Below, in pieces: positions 1-13,700 of a DNA stretch of 64,000 bases. The notes beneath the pieces are model-generated. The model worked only from the letters and a program-made list of their open reading frames with translations, had not been told where the DNA came from and ran no database searches. The stretch comes from Euglena gracilis (lineage: Eukaryota), in contig CP154954.1 in the NCBI GenBank assembly GCA_039621445.1, positions 29,397,411 through 29,461,410 of the forward strand. The letters run 5' to 3'. The position numbers and the translations under genes were made by a program. How positions within the stretch are numbered: the stretch's first letter is position 1; each line of letters begins with the position of its first letter.

Positions 1-489
1 CTGGGCCGGCCACCCCGGGGTAGTGGTGGGGCGGGGCGGGGCCCCCGGGGTGGGCCGCAGTGATGTGGGGTGGCAGGGGGGAGGCCATGGGGGGCGAGGG
101 GGGGCGGCACGCCTGCGGAGGCGGTGGCGATCTGATGCCGATGGTTTGGTGGCTTTGGTCCCCAGTGCCCCGGGGTCAGTTGGATTTAATTTACTGTGGC
201 TGAAGAGGGGTTGGGGAGGGGGGTCAGGGCACCCCCAAAAAAGCCACAGACAAAGGCACCCCCAAATAGACACAGGGGCTTCCTGTGGCGTGCCATGCTT
301 TGGCAATCATGCAAAAATGGCGTTCTCTGTCTATCTACGCCACTTGGTTGTGCCATAAGAATGCCATGAGAATTGACAAGAAAAATCATTTTGAGCTGTG
401 AAACCCTTCCATGCCCGCGGGGGGAAAGGAAGACATTTTTCAGTGACCAGCACAGGGGGCGGTTCCTCTCCCCCGGAGACGAGGCGTGC

Positions 490-2364
490 CCCCCGGCGCA
501 ATAGAGCGTTGGGCCTGGTAGGGGTGGGGGAGGGGGGCGGAGGGGTACTGGCCGGCAGGGTCCTGGCGGTACCCCATCGCCGGGGTCATGGGCGACATGG
601 CGTTTTGTGGGGCCATCGGGGCCGGGCCCCGCTGCGGCGGGGTCAGCAGGGTATTAAGCTAAGTGGGGAGGAGGTGGCCTGGACCCCCGTGACAGGGCGG
701 GGGGGGGTGGGGCACGTCGGACCCCCCTGTGCAAAAAAACTTTCTGTTGCAAAGTGCCAGAAAACCGCGTTTTTGCGCTTTTTTTTTGAAAAACAGGTCA
801 AAACATACACCAAATTTTTCATCATTTCCGGCGTGAAGCACTGGAAAAAAAAATTGGGTTCCCGGGGGGGTCCTGGACCCCCTTTGCTCCGAAGGGAGGG
901 GAAGGAGGGGGTTGGTGTGGACCCCCCCTCCCCTGGGGGGCCTCCTCCCCCCTCCGCAAAACCACCTCTCACTTAATACCCTGGGGGTCAGCCTTCCTCC
1001 TTTCGGGCCCAAAGTGTTGGGAGGGCTTGCCACCCCAAAAATCTGAGTTTGGTCCACACGGAGGCGAGCGGCGAGGAGCGGTCCAACTGAACTCATCCCA
1101 CGTGTCTGCGCCACGCAAGCAAATTAGAACTGCATGGAGCTGGGGAGTGGAATCCTGCAAACCATCCAACACCTTTTCGGGGTTGGCGGGAGAGGGTGGC
1201 TTCGCATCAATCCGGCAAAAGATGGAGGGTGGGACATCAGAGGGCTACTTATTCATGCCTTGCTGTACAGGCTTCATGGCACACCCGAAGGACAACGAAG
1301 TTGCGTCCCGACAGACCCACACGCTCCCCCATGCCCCCTCCGGGCCATCCGCTTCCCAGGGGGGCCCGAGGCGGGGTCAAGTGGAATGTCCCCGCGTGGC
1401 CTTCCACGTTGACGGCGGTGGAGGTCCCCGCGCTGCCCAGCCCGCCGCCCTGCCACCCCGCAGGCATGGGGGGCTGCTGTTGGTACGGCCCGCCCAGGCT
1501 GCCCGCAGGCACCCGCGTTCCGGTCTGATATGACTCGCGACTCGCAACTGCAATTGTGACTCCAAGGCACGACTCACGACTCGCGCCTTGCGCTTCACAA
1601 TCACAACTCCAGAGTTGCGACTGACGGCTCATGACTCACAACTTGCAAAACGCGGCCCTCCCCCAGGGAGGATATGTAGTGAACTGGACCCCAAAATATG
1701 CGCTAAAATATGCTAATTATGCAAAATATGCGCAATACAGATATACGCAAACACACGGAAAAATATGAGATTTTTTCGAAACCAGGAAGCTTTGGGTTAT
1801 GTTCTATTAAGTACTTTCAGGACATTTCGGTCATTTTTGGGGGCCATTTGAGTGCATGATCAGCTACAATTGGCTGTTGTCGGACCATTTTCGACCAGTA
1901 CGAGCCATTTTGGGCCATTTTGTGGCCGAAAGTGACCCAAAATGAAAGCAAAACCACCCAAAATTGTCGGAAGAAATTCAGAACGGCAACAATAATATGC
2001 GGAAAAGATGCAGAAACGGGCAAAATGCGTGGCATAAAAATTCTGAAAATATGTGCTGAATATTCAAAATATGTTCAAAACAAGCGCCCCACATATCCCC
2101 TCCTGGTAACTCACAACTCACAACTCTCTGGCTCCAGACTCGCAACTGACGCTCACAACTCACAACGTGTGACTTGCAGCCCGTGAATTGCGGCTCATTC
2201 ATGACCCGCTCCGTCTGGCTGGACTCCAGCGTGACGACAGGTGCCTGGCCAGTGGGCGCCCCTGGCGCGGGCGGGGCGGAGCCGGGGGTGAGGGTGGACG
2301 GGGCGTACACCGTCAGGCCGCGGCCGGTGGAGTCGTACAGGGTCATGGGCGTCAGCACTTGCAT
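490..2364 (-). CDS. Unknown Pro/Gly/Gln-rich protein, multi-exon, 3' end probably beyond the left edge
   Basis: ATG at 2364 follows a pyrimidine-rich ...TTCCCAG. GC-rich coding-like blocks: ~2210-2364 (MQVLTPMTLYDSTGRGLTVYAPST...), ~1385-1516 (RVPAGSLGGPYQQQPPMPAGWQGG...) and ~490-640 (APMAPQNAMSPMTPAMGYRQDPAGQYP). No domain recognised, exon ends approximate. Confidence 0.55.
647..983. mobile_element. MITE, 12-bp TIR CAGGGTATTAAG, 8-bp TSD
   Basis: CAGGGTATTAAG at 647 and CTTAATACCCTG ending 983. GGGGTCAG is duplicated at 639-646 and 984-991. Confidence 0.92.
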
Positions 2365-2965
2365 GACGGCGGGAAGTGAGAGAAGTAAGCGCCTGGGAAG
2401 GGGGCAAAGGGAAGACCGTGGCGGAACGCGAAGGTGAGATAGTGCGGGTGCTAAGTGCCTGTGGGGGTCCCCTAAAAAAGGTTGTTGCGGTCACAACACC
2501 ACCTTGAGCCCCCTGTTGGGAGTATTGTCTCCACGTCCGCAATTGGACATTCCCCGAATCACAAATTCAGGTTGTTTCCAATTCACCCAAGTTGCAATTG
2601 GCGGGCCTGTTTGATCATACGTGACAATCTGGTCAACGGAATTGCTCCTGATTGGGGCCCATAGGCACCTGAAATATTCCCACACTTCAAGTTCACTCAA
2701 TGAATCCGGGGGAGAGGGGGGGCTGGAAAATTTACTCTGGTACCGCACATAATTGAAAACAAAGCAAATACAAAACTACTGACATGTTTCCGAGGCTTCA
2801 AATGGCATCAAAAACACTGCATGCTTTGCCCAGCGGGAATTCCACCACAAATGGGTATCCTGGTTGAATTCTAATTCTCAGATGTATGGGATGATTCCCA
2901 GAGCTTCATTTGCAATCCATTGGGACATTTAAAATCATTCAATTAAATAGTCACACAATATTTGT

Positions 2966-5900
2966 CTTAGGTGGCGCTAATTGCCCTACCAATTTCTGCG
3001 TTTTTTTGACGTTTTTTTTGGGCTGTTTTGAAACCCCCCTAAAAGGGCACAAAATTTTGGGTTGAGAAGGGTGTGTGGCGGCTTTGGACCAAAAAATTTT
3101 GAAAGTGGTTTTGCGCAATTTTCCGCCCAAAATGATTTACGATTGTGTGTGAACTGTGTGAGTTGGGGGTGTACTAGACATGTTTGAAATGGCTCAAAAA
3201 ACACTGACTTTGAATGGGTGTGACGTGGGGCTGTGTCTTCATGGTTTATGCTAATAACAGTATTTGAGAAACAAATGAATATTGCAAGCGTACGCGGATA
3301 ACCGCGTAAAACGAAACAAGAGGTGACAGACGACAGAGTTAAATGTTTGGGTGGATAACTGCGTAGAATAAACTTGTACGCGGATTTCCGTCTACAACTG
3401 AAAACAAAGTATGGTACACGGATTACCGCCTACCATACCACAAACAGTTGATGACTGGTAGGAGGGAATATGCCTGCTGTGTGCGACTATGTGGTGAGTG
3501 TATGGCGACTTGATGTAGGCGGGAATCCGTCTGGATTGAATAAGAAACAATGGTGGTGCCCTGGTGTTGTTGCTCTCACCCCCCCCCTGTGTCGAGACTG
3601 GCATAGGCCAGGTGCCATTGCCTGCTGGGGTCTCTGGAATGGGGGACAGCAACGAAAGTAGCGGAGAACTCCCTGACGACGTGGGCAGGTGCCACACAAT
3701 GATATCCTGCCTTCGCCAACGCACTTGAATAGAAAAAGGTTCCTGTCTAAAACGGCCCAAAAAAATAGAACAAGTAACTGATTTATGAAACTCTGCACTC
3801 GCAGCATCCAGTATGAGCCAAAATCCACAAAGTCTTTCCACCCAATAACAATTTTGTTTCAGGCGGTTAACCGCCTGACCATTTCCACATTAATTTAAAA
3901 ACACTATTGAGGAGTTGGCATGGGGTTAGGTGGGGACCAAGAGACGACGTAGGCGGTTATCCGCTTAAAAGAAAATACAGAGCGCCCGCTCAGGAGGCCA
4001 ACAGATGACTTGTCACGCTTGAGCACTGAGGCCTGGTCTCCTTTTATGAATTCGGATGGAAACGGGGTGTGCACAGACACAACTTATGAGATGGAGGGGG
4101 GGGCATACCAGTTGTGAGGTCAGAGAATTCAGGAGGGAAAACGCCTGGCCGGGTTAAGGGTGGGCAGAAAAAGCAAAGCATTTGTGGACGATGGGATGGG
4201 GGTGGAAGATGGAAACCACCCTAGAAATAAACTGTGCTGGTTTGTTTGCAAAATTTTGCAACCCTACTTGTGACACCAGTCACAGGCGTGAACCTTTGCG
4301 GAGTACACGGACGACAGAAATTGTTGCCAGGCTGCCAGGCAGTTTGCAACTGAATGGTGCCTGGCATGTTGTCGTGAGTTTGAGGGGTGGAGGATTATGG
4401 AAACCAGGGATAGGAGTTTGTACCAGCAGGGTTTGACCAAACGAGGAGAGACGGCCAGCCCTTAAACTTGGGCACTCAGAGCAGGGGTGGTTTCCAAAAA
4501 GACCGGACACACTTGTGCTGAGAGTGGTTACATGGATGGAAGCCAAATGCATCGGGTCAAACATCGACCCGGCGTTGGTTGAGAACGACAACCTTCTGGT
4601 TTGCCCCCCTCCCACACGGCTTCTGACGGTGGAGACCACCGTTGCCTCCTCTGGAGGCATGTTGCCAACCCCAAAGGAAGAAGAGCCAGAAAAAAGAGGT
4701 GGTTTGGGCATTTTGTCTGGATTTAAGCAAAAACTGCAACTTTTCAAAGAAAAAATGAAAAAAAATTCTTTCAAAAAACAATTAAAAAGGCCTTGACTTT
4801 TTCAGAACTTGGGAGACTCCTTCCCAAAACCCCCCCCATTCTTTCGATTGCTGTCACCAGCTGATGAAACAGGCGTCCAGATCTTGAATCACTTCTTCGT
4901 CAGCCTTCCCCAAACCCTGATTTTGGGCCACCAAAACCGTTGGGTTCCAAGTGGAGGCCCTGGGAGATGCCTTTGTTCCTCCTGAGAAATCAACCTTATG
5001 TTTTTGGCTGTTTTTCGGGAGAATAATAAAATATCACCTCTGCTACAGCTCACCCGGCCTGGCAACTGACACATGCGTTCCACTGCTGTCCCTGCAGACG
5101 ACCCCTTCACCACTGGCCAGGGGGAAAATTACCGCCTCCTCGTCGGAGAGGAGGGTGTCCACCTCCTGCTCAAATGCCAGGCGGGTTTCCGCCTGCTCGG
5201 GTGCTTGCTGTCCCGGCGCAGCAGCCACAGCTCCCCTTCAACCTGTCCCGCCCAACTTTCAAACATTGTGCCGCCGACAACGACCACCGACACCGACACT
5301 TCGGGACACCGAAACATCACAAACACAACCCATCAAGACAGCAACAAGCTCCACGCAGGTTTCCGCCCAAACCACATCTGGGCGGAAACCCGCACAAAAT
5401 AAAAGCGGAGTAGGCGGATAACTGCCCACTGCCGTCGTTCAATAACGCCTCAAAGTCCTCCTCCCTCTCCCACAAACTTGTTCATTAACAACTTCACGCG
5501 ATGAACGACTTCTGGAGGTTTCAGCGCATTCCCACGTGTCATCCACAAACACGAACTGTTCTCATTCTCAAACCCTTCTGCGCGGGTTTCCACCTAAAAG
5601 ATCCCCAGCTCACCCACATCATTCATATGCCGTGCGTGCTGCATCCCCACCCCGACACAGCACCATCCACCAAACAAAAAAAAAACTCCAACACAACATG
5701 CCCACTCATTCTAGTCAGCTGTGCGTGAAGCTTTCTAACGTTTCATGCATTCATGTGCACGGAGATCCGCCTGCAAACGGCCTTACAAAAACTTCCAAAA
5801 AAAAGTTGCGTTCTGTTTCCACACCGCCTCAAACAAAATCTTTGAGTATCTCTCAGTGGGGGTTGAAAGGTGGGGGAAAATGTTCAGTTTTGCGTGGCCC

Positions 5901-6855
5901 AGGTGTGTCATCAGGAGGGAGCTTGTGTGCGGACAAATTAAGGACACCACGCACTCAAACCGCATCTCATTTCAGTTCACCTTGGCCACAAGTTTCTCAA
6001 AGTTCTTGAACTTGTGATGGCTAGAATGGTGTTGAAGCCTTTCCCAACCCCTCTGTTCTGGATGGCAGCACAGGCAACCAGGCCCCTCTCCCTCCCGTGC
6101 CTTCCTGACCCAACTGTCATCCCGCGCTGCTAAATGATACATCGTGGTGCACAGCCCAGGAGGAGGGGGATGCTGGGGGGCTTGTAAACCAACCAGGACA
6201 CCCGGGGCAAGCACACACAGCGCACACCTTTGTTGCGCTGTGTTGCTTTGTTGCGGAATCAGCACTGCTTTACGCGGTAAACCGCCTAACCTCAGTTTTA
6301 ACATTATTCCCAGTCCAGTCCCCTCCATAAGGGTAGATATCTTCATCACAAAAACAAATTTTGCGCGGTTTACCGCCTAACACGTCCCTTTCAGAAATTA
6401 TAGCATCTTTTGGGCAGTGCTGTCTGTTCACCTCCCTAATCACTGGACCTCGGGACTCACGAGATGTTCAAAAATAGGCGGGTTGCTTAGGCGGTTGCCT
6501 CTTCTTCACCTGCCACACCGTGTCACCCCCCTCCAGAGGGGTTCCGGCAGCATCGCCAAACAACCGGGGCTCCAGTGGCCAGGTGTTCTCCCACTGTTCT
6601 CTGTTTTTCAAAATTTCAGGGCGTTCCAGGGGGGTGTTTTTGAAAACCCCCCTAAAATGATCATAAATTTTCAAAATCGCCACATTGTCAAAATGCTTAA
6701 AATGGACCCAGAACGACCCAAATTTTTGTGCTGGTGTCACCCTCTCAAAAGTTTAACCTCAAACAGGTAACAGGTGGGGTATCGTAAGCGGAAACCCGCG
6801 CACCTCAAACGCACAGAAATTGGAAAAAAAAATTGGGCAATTCGCGCGGCCTAAG
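2966..6855. mobile_element. Decayed ~3.9-kb TIR DNA transposon with 5-bp TSD
   Basis: Left end CTTAGGTGGCGCTAATTGCCC..CCAATTTCTG. The reverse complement of the right end is CTTAGGCCGCGCGAATTGCCC..CCAATTTCTG. TTTGT flanks both ends (2961-2965, 6856-6860). Only broken ORFs inside. Confidence 0.7.
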
Positions 6856-7339
6856 TTTGTATGTAATTCCAACTTTGCCATTCACCACTTCAACGCTCTC
6901 CTTTTTTCCCTGTTACCTCCCCCCTGTCATAGCACCGGAAAATATCGACATATTGCACCGAGGGGTGCTTAGACAAGGGGGAGAATACAACGACTCAAAA
7001 AAAAAACAGCGCTCCACCTGAAAAAAAATTCCTTCCATTTTTGTCAATTGCTCAACTTTGAGGCATTTTGGGTGTATAAAGTCCACAACATCTCACCAAT
7101 TAACCTTCGTGAATAAAAATCTTCATAAAAATCTGATAAAAATACATTAGAAAAACTTGCATTCAGGGAGTGGCCTTTAAAAAGATTGTCAAGCACCGGG
7201 GAAAGGGGGGACTGGGATACTCCAGTACTTAGACAAAGAAAAGATTTCTTTCAGGGGAATATTTTGGGTCGATAACCCTCTGGTAGTTTGCGCCTAAAGA
7301 ACCTGAAGCACCAAGAAACTTGGGTGAAAAACTAGAATG

Positions 7340-7505
<166 letters not shown>

Positions 7506-7757
7506 GCAGAGAACTTCTTTGGGCTGGATAGCGCAAATATCTATGGTACAGGAACGGTGGATTTCCCGGAGTCACCCCCCTCAACTGCCTGAGTGGCGCC
7601 AGACAGGCAGGCGATGCACCAACAAGACACAGCCCGCAATCGGACAAATCTACAACCGGTTAAACAAACGCAGGGGAGGCGTCTTTTGCAGAGTGCAATT
7701 GCGGCGGGCAAGCGTTCGGGGCAAAAGGGGGTTGCTTCGCCACCAACCCCCACCCCA

Positions 7758-10700
7758 TCACGCCTCGGCCGCCATGTCCTCCTCCTCCGGCCCGTCCTCC
7801 TCGCTGTCCTCCATGTCCCACAGCAACACCGTTCCCGGCTGGGCGGTCGCCACACGGACGACAGCCCCCTACCCGCTGTCCATGTGGCCTCAACTGTTTG
7901 AATTGGCCAACACTTGATCGACGCAGGGGGGCTTTTTGAAACTAGGGGGAGGGGTCCCCACCCACCCACCGAGGGGTGTCCCCCACCCCCGGGGGAGAGG
8001 TGGGGTCTGGGGTACCCACATTTTGAGGGTCAGTTTTGGGTAAAAAAAAGCGCCGAAAAAAAGGAAAGACTGGCCAAATCCCCACCTTTCCAGGGAACCA
8101 CAAGGCCCTTAGGGTACCCCAGGGGGGTCTGACAGACCCACCCACCCTACACCCTCGACCCCTGGGTGTCCAACCTTTAAAAAAAAAACCCTGGGGGGAT
8201 TGGTAACATAAGGCTTGGGGGAAATTGGGGGGAATTGCGATTGCAGAAAAAAAACCCGCAGGAAAAATCATACACATTTCTGCTGGAGGGATTGCTGGAG
8301 GGAGAAAACTCGCCTTGAATTTCTTTCATTTTGCAATGTTGGAGGATATGTTGAGCCGCCATTCACACCTTTCCAAGCTGATTCCAGAATATAAAAAATT
8401 GTTGTCCAAAAAAAGGAACAGAATTCTGCCAAAATGTTGGGTCTCAGAAGAAAATCTGGGCAAATGCCAAAAATTTTCTAAGTCGAAATAATTTCCAGCA
8501 GCACTCTCAACCCCCCCCCGCATTTATACATTTTAATACATTTCCTGGGGAAAAAAATCCAGTCCATCCAAACCCCTGGTGGGACCTTGGTGGGGGGGGG
8601 GGGGCGTTCCAGCCTGAAACAACGAAAGAAGCCCGATGGCAGCGGCGGGGAGGGGGCTGCGCAGGCGGTGCCCCGCTTCCCAGAGCAGCACAGCAGCGGG
8701 GCGTGCTGGGGGGTGAGGGGCCGGGGCAGGGCGGTGGGGGGCCCGAGCCCTGCGGCGTGGGTCTCCGCCACCCCCGCGTGGCACCAGGGGTTGATGGGAC
8801 GGGAGGTGGGCTGGTCAAGGCGGTATGTGGGGAGGGGGGTGCCCCTGCGCACATGTGCGCGCACACACACACTGGCCAGAACGAAGAATTTTCGACACCC
8901 CGAACAAGCCAAAGAGCTTTCAAAGTTTGAAAGGAAAAATCTTATTCAAGAGGGAAAAAATAAGAAAAGTTGACCTTTGGGGGTCCCCAAGTAGGTGGCG
9001 GACACCCCACCAAAAATCCGGACACACATCGAACTCTGCAAGGAGCGCCTGGTGGATGCTTGCTGCGTCGAAGGGCTCGGTCGGCCCCCCTCCTGCCCTG
9101 GGGGTAAGCATGGGGGGGGGGCACATAAGAGTTGTCCCAACCCAACCGACAGCCACCCGCATTCCAGGTCTGGCCCAGAGTCATTGAGGAGGCTGGGCAG
9201 GCTGGCAGGAGGAGGAGGCTCTCGAGCCTCCTCGAACGTGCTCGAATGACATTCGAGAGGCTCTCAAGTCTCCTCAAATGTCGTTCCAGGTAGTTTGAAG
9301 AAGTTCGAGAGCCTCCTCAAACATGTGTTCGACCTTGAGACTGCAAAAAAATACATATTTCAACTAATTTCATCTCCCTTTGCCAATGCCCTTTGTAAGC
9401 AAATGTTTGGAGGGCCCTAAAATAACAGAATCCCTTGTGTTGCATATGCCCTGTGTGTGTGCAACTTCCTTTTGTTGTGGATGCCTTTTGCATGCAAGTG
9501 TTCGAGTGGCCCCAAAATGACAAAATCCCTTGTGTTGCATACCCTCTGTAACTCCCCTTTGTTGTCAATGCCCTTTTCGTGCAACGTTTTGCAGAGGGCC
9601 CCAAAACAGCTGCGTGTGTGCGCGTCGGAGGAGGCACTTCTAGAGCCTCCTCGAAGGTGGTCGAACGACATTTGACAAGGCTCGGGAGCCTCCTCGAACG
9701 TTGTTGGAACTGGTTCGAGGAGGCTGCCCAAGCCCCCTGGAGTGGGGCTGAAAAAAATTCGAGTCTCCTCCTATGATACCCCCCCCCGAGGAGGCAGGCC
9801 AGGCAGGAACGACAGCTGCTCCAGGTCCAGGAGGGCAACGGGGGCAAATGCCTGCCTGTTGTGCTCTGCATGTGCCGACGGTGCGAGGGGAGGAGTGGAG
9901 TCACCCAGTGGCATTTGCTGGAGCAAACCCCAAATATACTTTCAACACTTTGCAGTGCCCAATGGCTTTGATGCCCAAATAGCTTTGCAGGTGAAGGTTG
10001 AAAAACAGAAAAGAGTCCCGGGACAGCATAGACCCCAAATCAGGGCAGGGAGTATGGGTACGGGCTTGCAGCACAATGATGCCCAACATGAAGGGCTGGC
10101 TGTACAGAAGTCCTGGTTGGGGGGCTCGGCCCCCTACCCACCACAGCACCGCTGAAGGAATCTTCCTTCGGCGCCAAAGGCGCTGAAGGAAGATTCTGAC
10201 CACCTACGCCCCCAGAAATACGGAAGGTTTGATGGGGGGATGGTCGACCCCCCCCCCCGCCCACCACCCGTAGGGTTTCGGGATTTCCCATGCGGCGTTG
10301 CCAACACGATGTCGCTTTGCCACCGGCCAGGCCGGCAATGCCGGCGATGCTGCACCGCCGAACCATCCTCAGGGGGTTGAGCGGCCAGCGGTTGTCTTGC
10401 CCCCCCCCCCCCCCCCGCTGCCGCACTGGACCCCCGAAGGCAGGCACTGGGCCGAATGTCTCCGGCACGGCCGACCGGTTCCGGCTGACACCGCCAGGGC
10501 CTCCAACAAAGAGCCCCAGGCATTGCCTTGCCCCCCCCCCCCCCGTGCACGACACGCCAATGTTCCTAAATCCCGTACGCCCTCCTTTTATCGCCTCTGT
10601 ACCACCACTTTCCTCAACACCATCGGCTGCGTTCCGGGGCTGCCCCTTCCCAGAGGGGCGCAGGGTGTGGTTGCGGGGGCGTCGGCGGTGCCTCGCGACG

Positions 10701-13700
10701 GCCCTGGGCGAGGCACAGCAGGTGGACCGCCTCCCCCACCGGCGCGAGGCGGCCCCAGGGCGGTGCGGGTCGGCCCAGCGCGGCGACCCCCCCCCCACCC
10801 GCCGCAGCACTTCGCCAAAAAGGCCTTCGGCGTCCCGGAAACCGAAATGCGGCGGGGGTGGGGGGTCGGACTCCCACCCACCCACCAGGACGGGGTGGGG
10901 GGGGGGGGGTGGGGTCCGGCCACCCCCCCTCAACCTGCAGGGTTTCGGGGGTTTCCGGACCGCCCTGGGCAGCACGCCAGCAGCTCATCGCCCCACTCAT
11001 GGAAGGGGCTGCCCTGGCCGGGGCTGGCCTCAGGGGGAGGTGGGCGGTCCCCTGGACGGTGCTGGTCCGGGGCGGGGGGGGGGGGGCTGCCACCCATTCC
11101 CCTCAGTCCTCGGCGGCCCACTGGGCTTTGCGCAGAAGGACGTAATGCATTCTTCGGCACACTTCAGCCCAAACCACAAATTGTGGAGGCGAATCCGGCC
11201 CGTTTTGAACGGCGAAGGATTCTGCCGGAAGTGGTGACAAAATTGGGCGGCCCGAACAACTCACCAGGGTGACCAACCTTGGAACAGACCGCCATTTAGT
11301 GTGTTTCACAACGCATCTGTGATCCATTAATTTTTTGGCGACACATCTGTGATACATTAAATTTTTTTGGTGATACATATGCGATACATTAAATTTTAGG
11401 CTGTGATACATGTGATACGGGAAAAATTTTTTGGTGATACACACTAAACGGCGGTCTGCCTTGGAAGCGCAGGCGGGTGGCAAACAGCTGCCCGGAGGTT
11501 TTTGCTGAGCAGAAGCACACCCCTTCTTTTAGCAGCTCCTGTCACCACTGGAGCCCCAAAGAGGGCTGGGCAAGATGAGGTGCATGGACGGCCCCTGTCA
11601 AGCCAACAGGTGCCGCTCTCCAAGGCTGGCGTTGGTCCCGACAGCGGCTCCCTCAGCACCACCGGCAGCCCACCGATGCCAAACCACACACCGCACCAGT
11701 CCATGACCCAATGACGAGCAAACTGTCCACAAACCATTCTGCACCGAAAACACAAAAGGGAAAACCCCCAAAAGAAACACATCCGCGTCAACCGCCGGGA
11801 AATCGGAAACTGCAAAACACACGGCATCCGCCGAAACCGCCACAGGGGAGCACTCCAGGCCTCGGCGGGGCCAGCACGTTGCGCCGCGTCTGCGGGGCCA
11901 CGAGGCCTACGGCGAAGTGCGCAAGGCCGGCAGCGCCCGAGGCGGGGACGTGGGTGGCGACGGCCTGGGGGTTGAAGCGCAGGGTCCTGCGCGGCATCCA
12001 CCGTGGCCATTCCGCCAACAAACCAAACACGGGCCGCCTCACCGCGGCCGGCAGGGCTCCGGCCGCACAGGAGGGCGGCGGGGGCGATGCGGTCGAGGCC
12101 CACCGCGGCGGCCGGGGGCGGGGGCGGGGGGTCGCCGAACGCGGCCCCGAGCAGCCGCTCCAGCCGCTGGTGCACCGCCTGCATGGACCGCGCATCGTCC
12201 GGGGGGCCCCCCTCCAGGAACGGCAGCCGCGGCCACGCGGCCAGGCCGCTCAGCGAAGTCATTGCGGCGCCTGGCGGCCGGCACACACCACACCCACACC
12301 CGCGCACACCACCCACACACATGACACCCACCCCTGCACCACATACACAACACCACACACCCACACACGGTGCACGCACACCATCCATGCAGTTAGTGCG
12401 CCACGGCGCAAAAAAAATCATGCAGTGGTCGCAATGAAAAGAAGCTTTTTTTGCCACACACCATTGTTATTATGTGCATCATCATGATAATTAAAAATAA
12501 TTATTAATGATAATCATTAATTATTATTAAGCGGCAACGGTTATTGCCGGGGTGGACGCAGCACAAAGAAAAAAATTAGCCTCGGTGGTCGTGGCGCAGG
12601 CAATTTTGTTTTGCTGCGGTGCACGAGGTGCAGATTTTATCGGCATCGCAGAACCCCAAAAACTTTTTCGCTGCAATGAAAAAAAACAGAATTGGCTCAA
12701 TACCCTTCCATGGTCGAGAAAATATCAAAGAGGCCGGACAGAGAAGCCTGAAGAAGGTACCTGCAGCACAGAAAAAAACATTGAAAAAAAAATTGCTGGG
12801 GCAGTAATCAAAAGTTGCCGCAGCGGTCGGGGGCACAGAAATTTTTTGCAGCAGCTCTGTTAGTCACAACAATATTTTCCACCGTCGTTGCGGACCGCTT
12901 TTGTGCCACCCAACGTTTTGCTCTGGCAATTTCTTTGTGGGAACTGGCAAACCCCTGTGGTTTGCAGTGCACTAGCCGCTGGGCGTGTGGTATGGTGTGG
13001 TGTGGTCATGGGTGGGTGGGGGTGTGGGTGGATGGAGGTGGGTGTGCACACGTGTGTGCACCGGAATTCTCATGTGGGAGGGAGGGGAGGTGGTTCCCTT
13101 CGGCAGTGGATAGGCCGGGTGCAGGTCAGGGAGGGGAAGGGCGTCCAGTGGGGAGGAAAGGCCTGGGCAGCACCCCAGACTGCAGGAGGCGAGTGATGCG
13201 GCAGGCCACCCACCGCCGTTGGGAGAGCTACCCTGGGGGGAGCAAAGATAATTTTGGTTCCGAAACAGTTGGGGAAAAAAATGGGAGAAATTTTCAAATG
13301 TCCCAGACAGCCAGAAGAAAACATTTTTCCGGACCAAAAATTTTAATGGTTTCCTGAAAAACACGAAAACGCATCGGGCACCTCCACAAAAACCAGTATA
13401 CGACCCAATCTCTTACCCCCCCCCTATGTCCAATGACCGGTAACCTCTGTCCTCTGACCGGGGGGGTGGTCGTTGGACATAGGGTAGTGACCAAAAAGGT
13501 GTCCTCTGACCGGGGGGGTGGTCGTTGGACATGGGGTCAAAAGAAAGTTGGTGGGTACCCGGGTCCCTACCCACCCAAAAATGCCCAAATTTTCCCTTCC
13601 GGCGCTTTGCGCCGAAAATTTTGGGCAATTTTGACAAATTTTTGTCCAAAAAAGTGTCAAAAATGGCACTTTGGCCAAATTTTTGGCCAATTTTGGGGCA

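Noticed and set aside
1664-2105. MITE with CAGG..GATATGT ends
   Set aside because: It has imperfect inverted ends but no TSD found, so it is not listed as a bounded element. The same applies to ~13233-13944 and ~14317-14509.
10040-12487. Long overlapping 250-340 aa ORFs on both strands
   Set aside because: They are by-products of very high GC. Only short minus-strand pieces fit APC4 exons.
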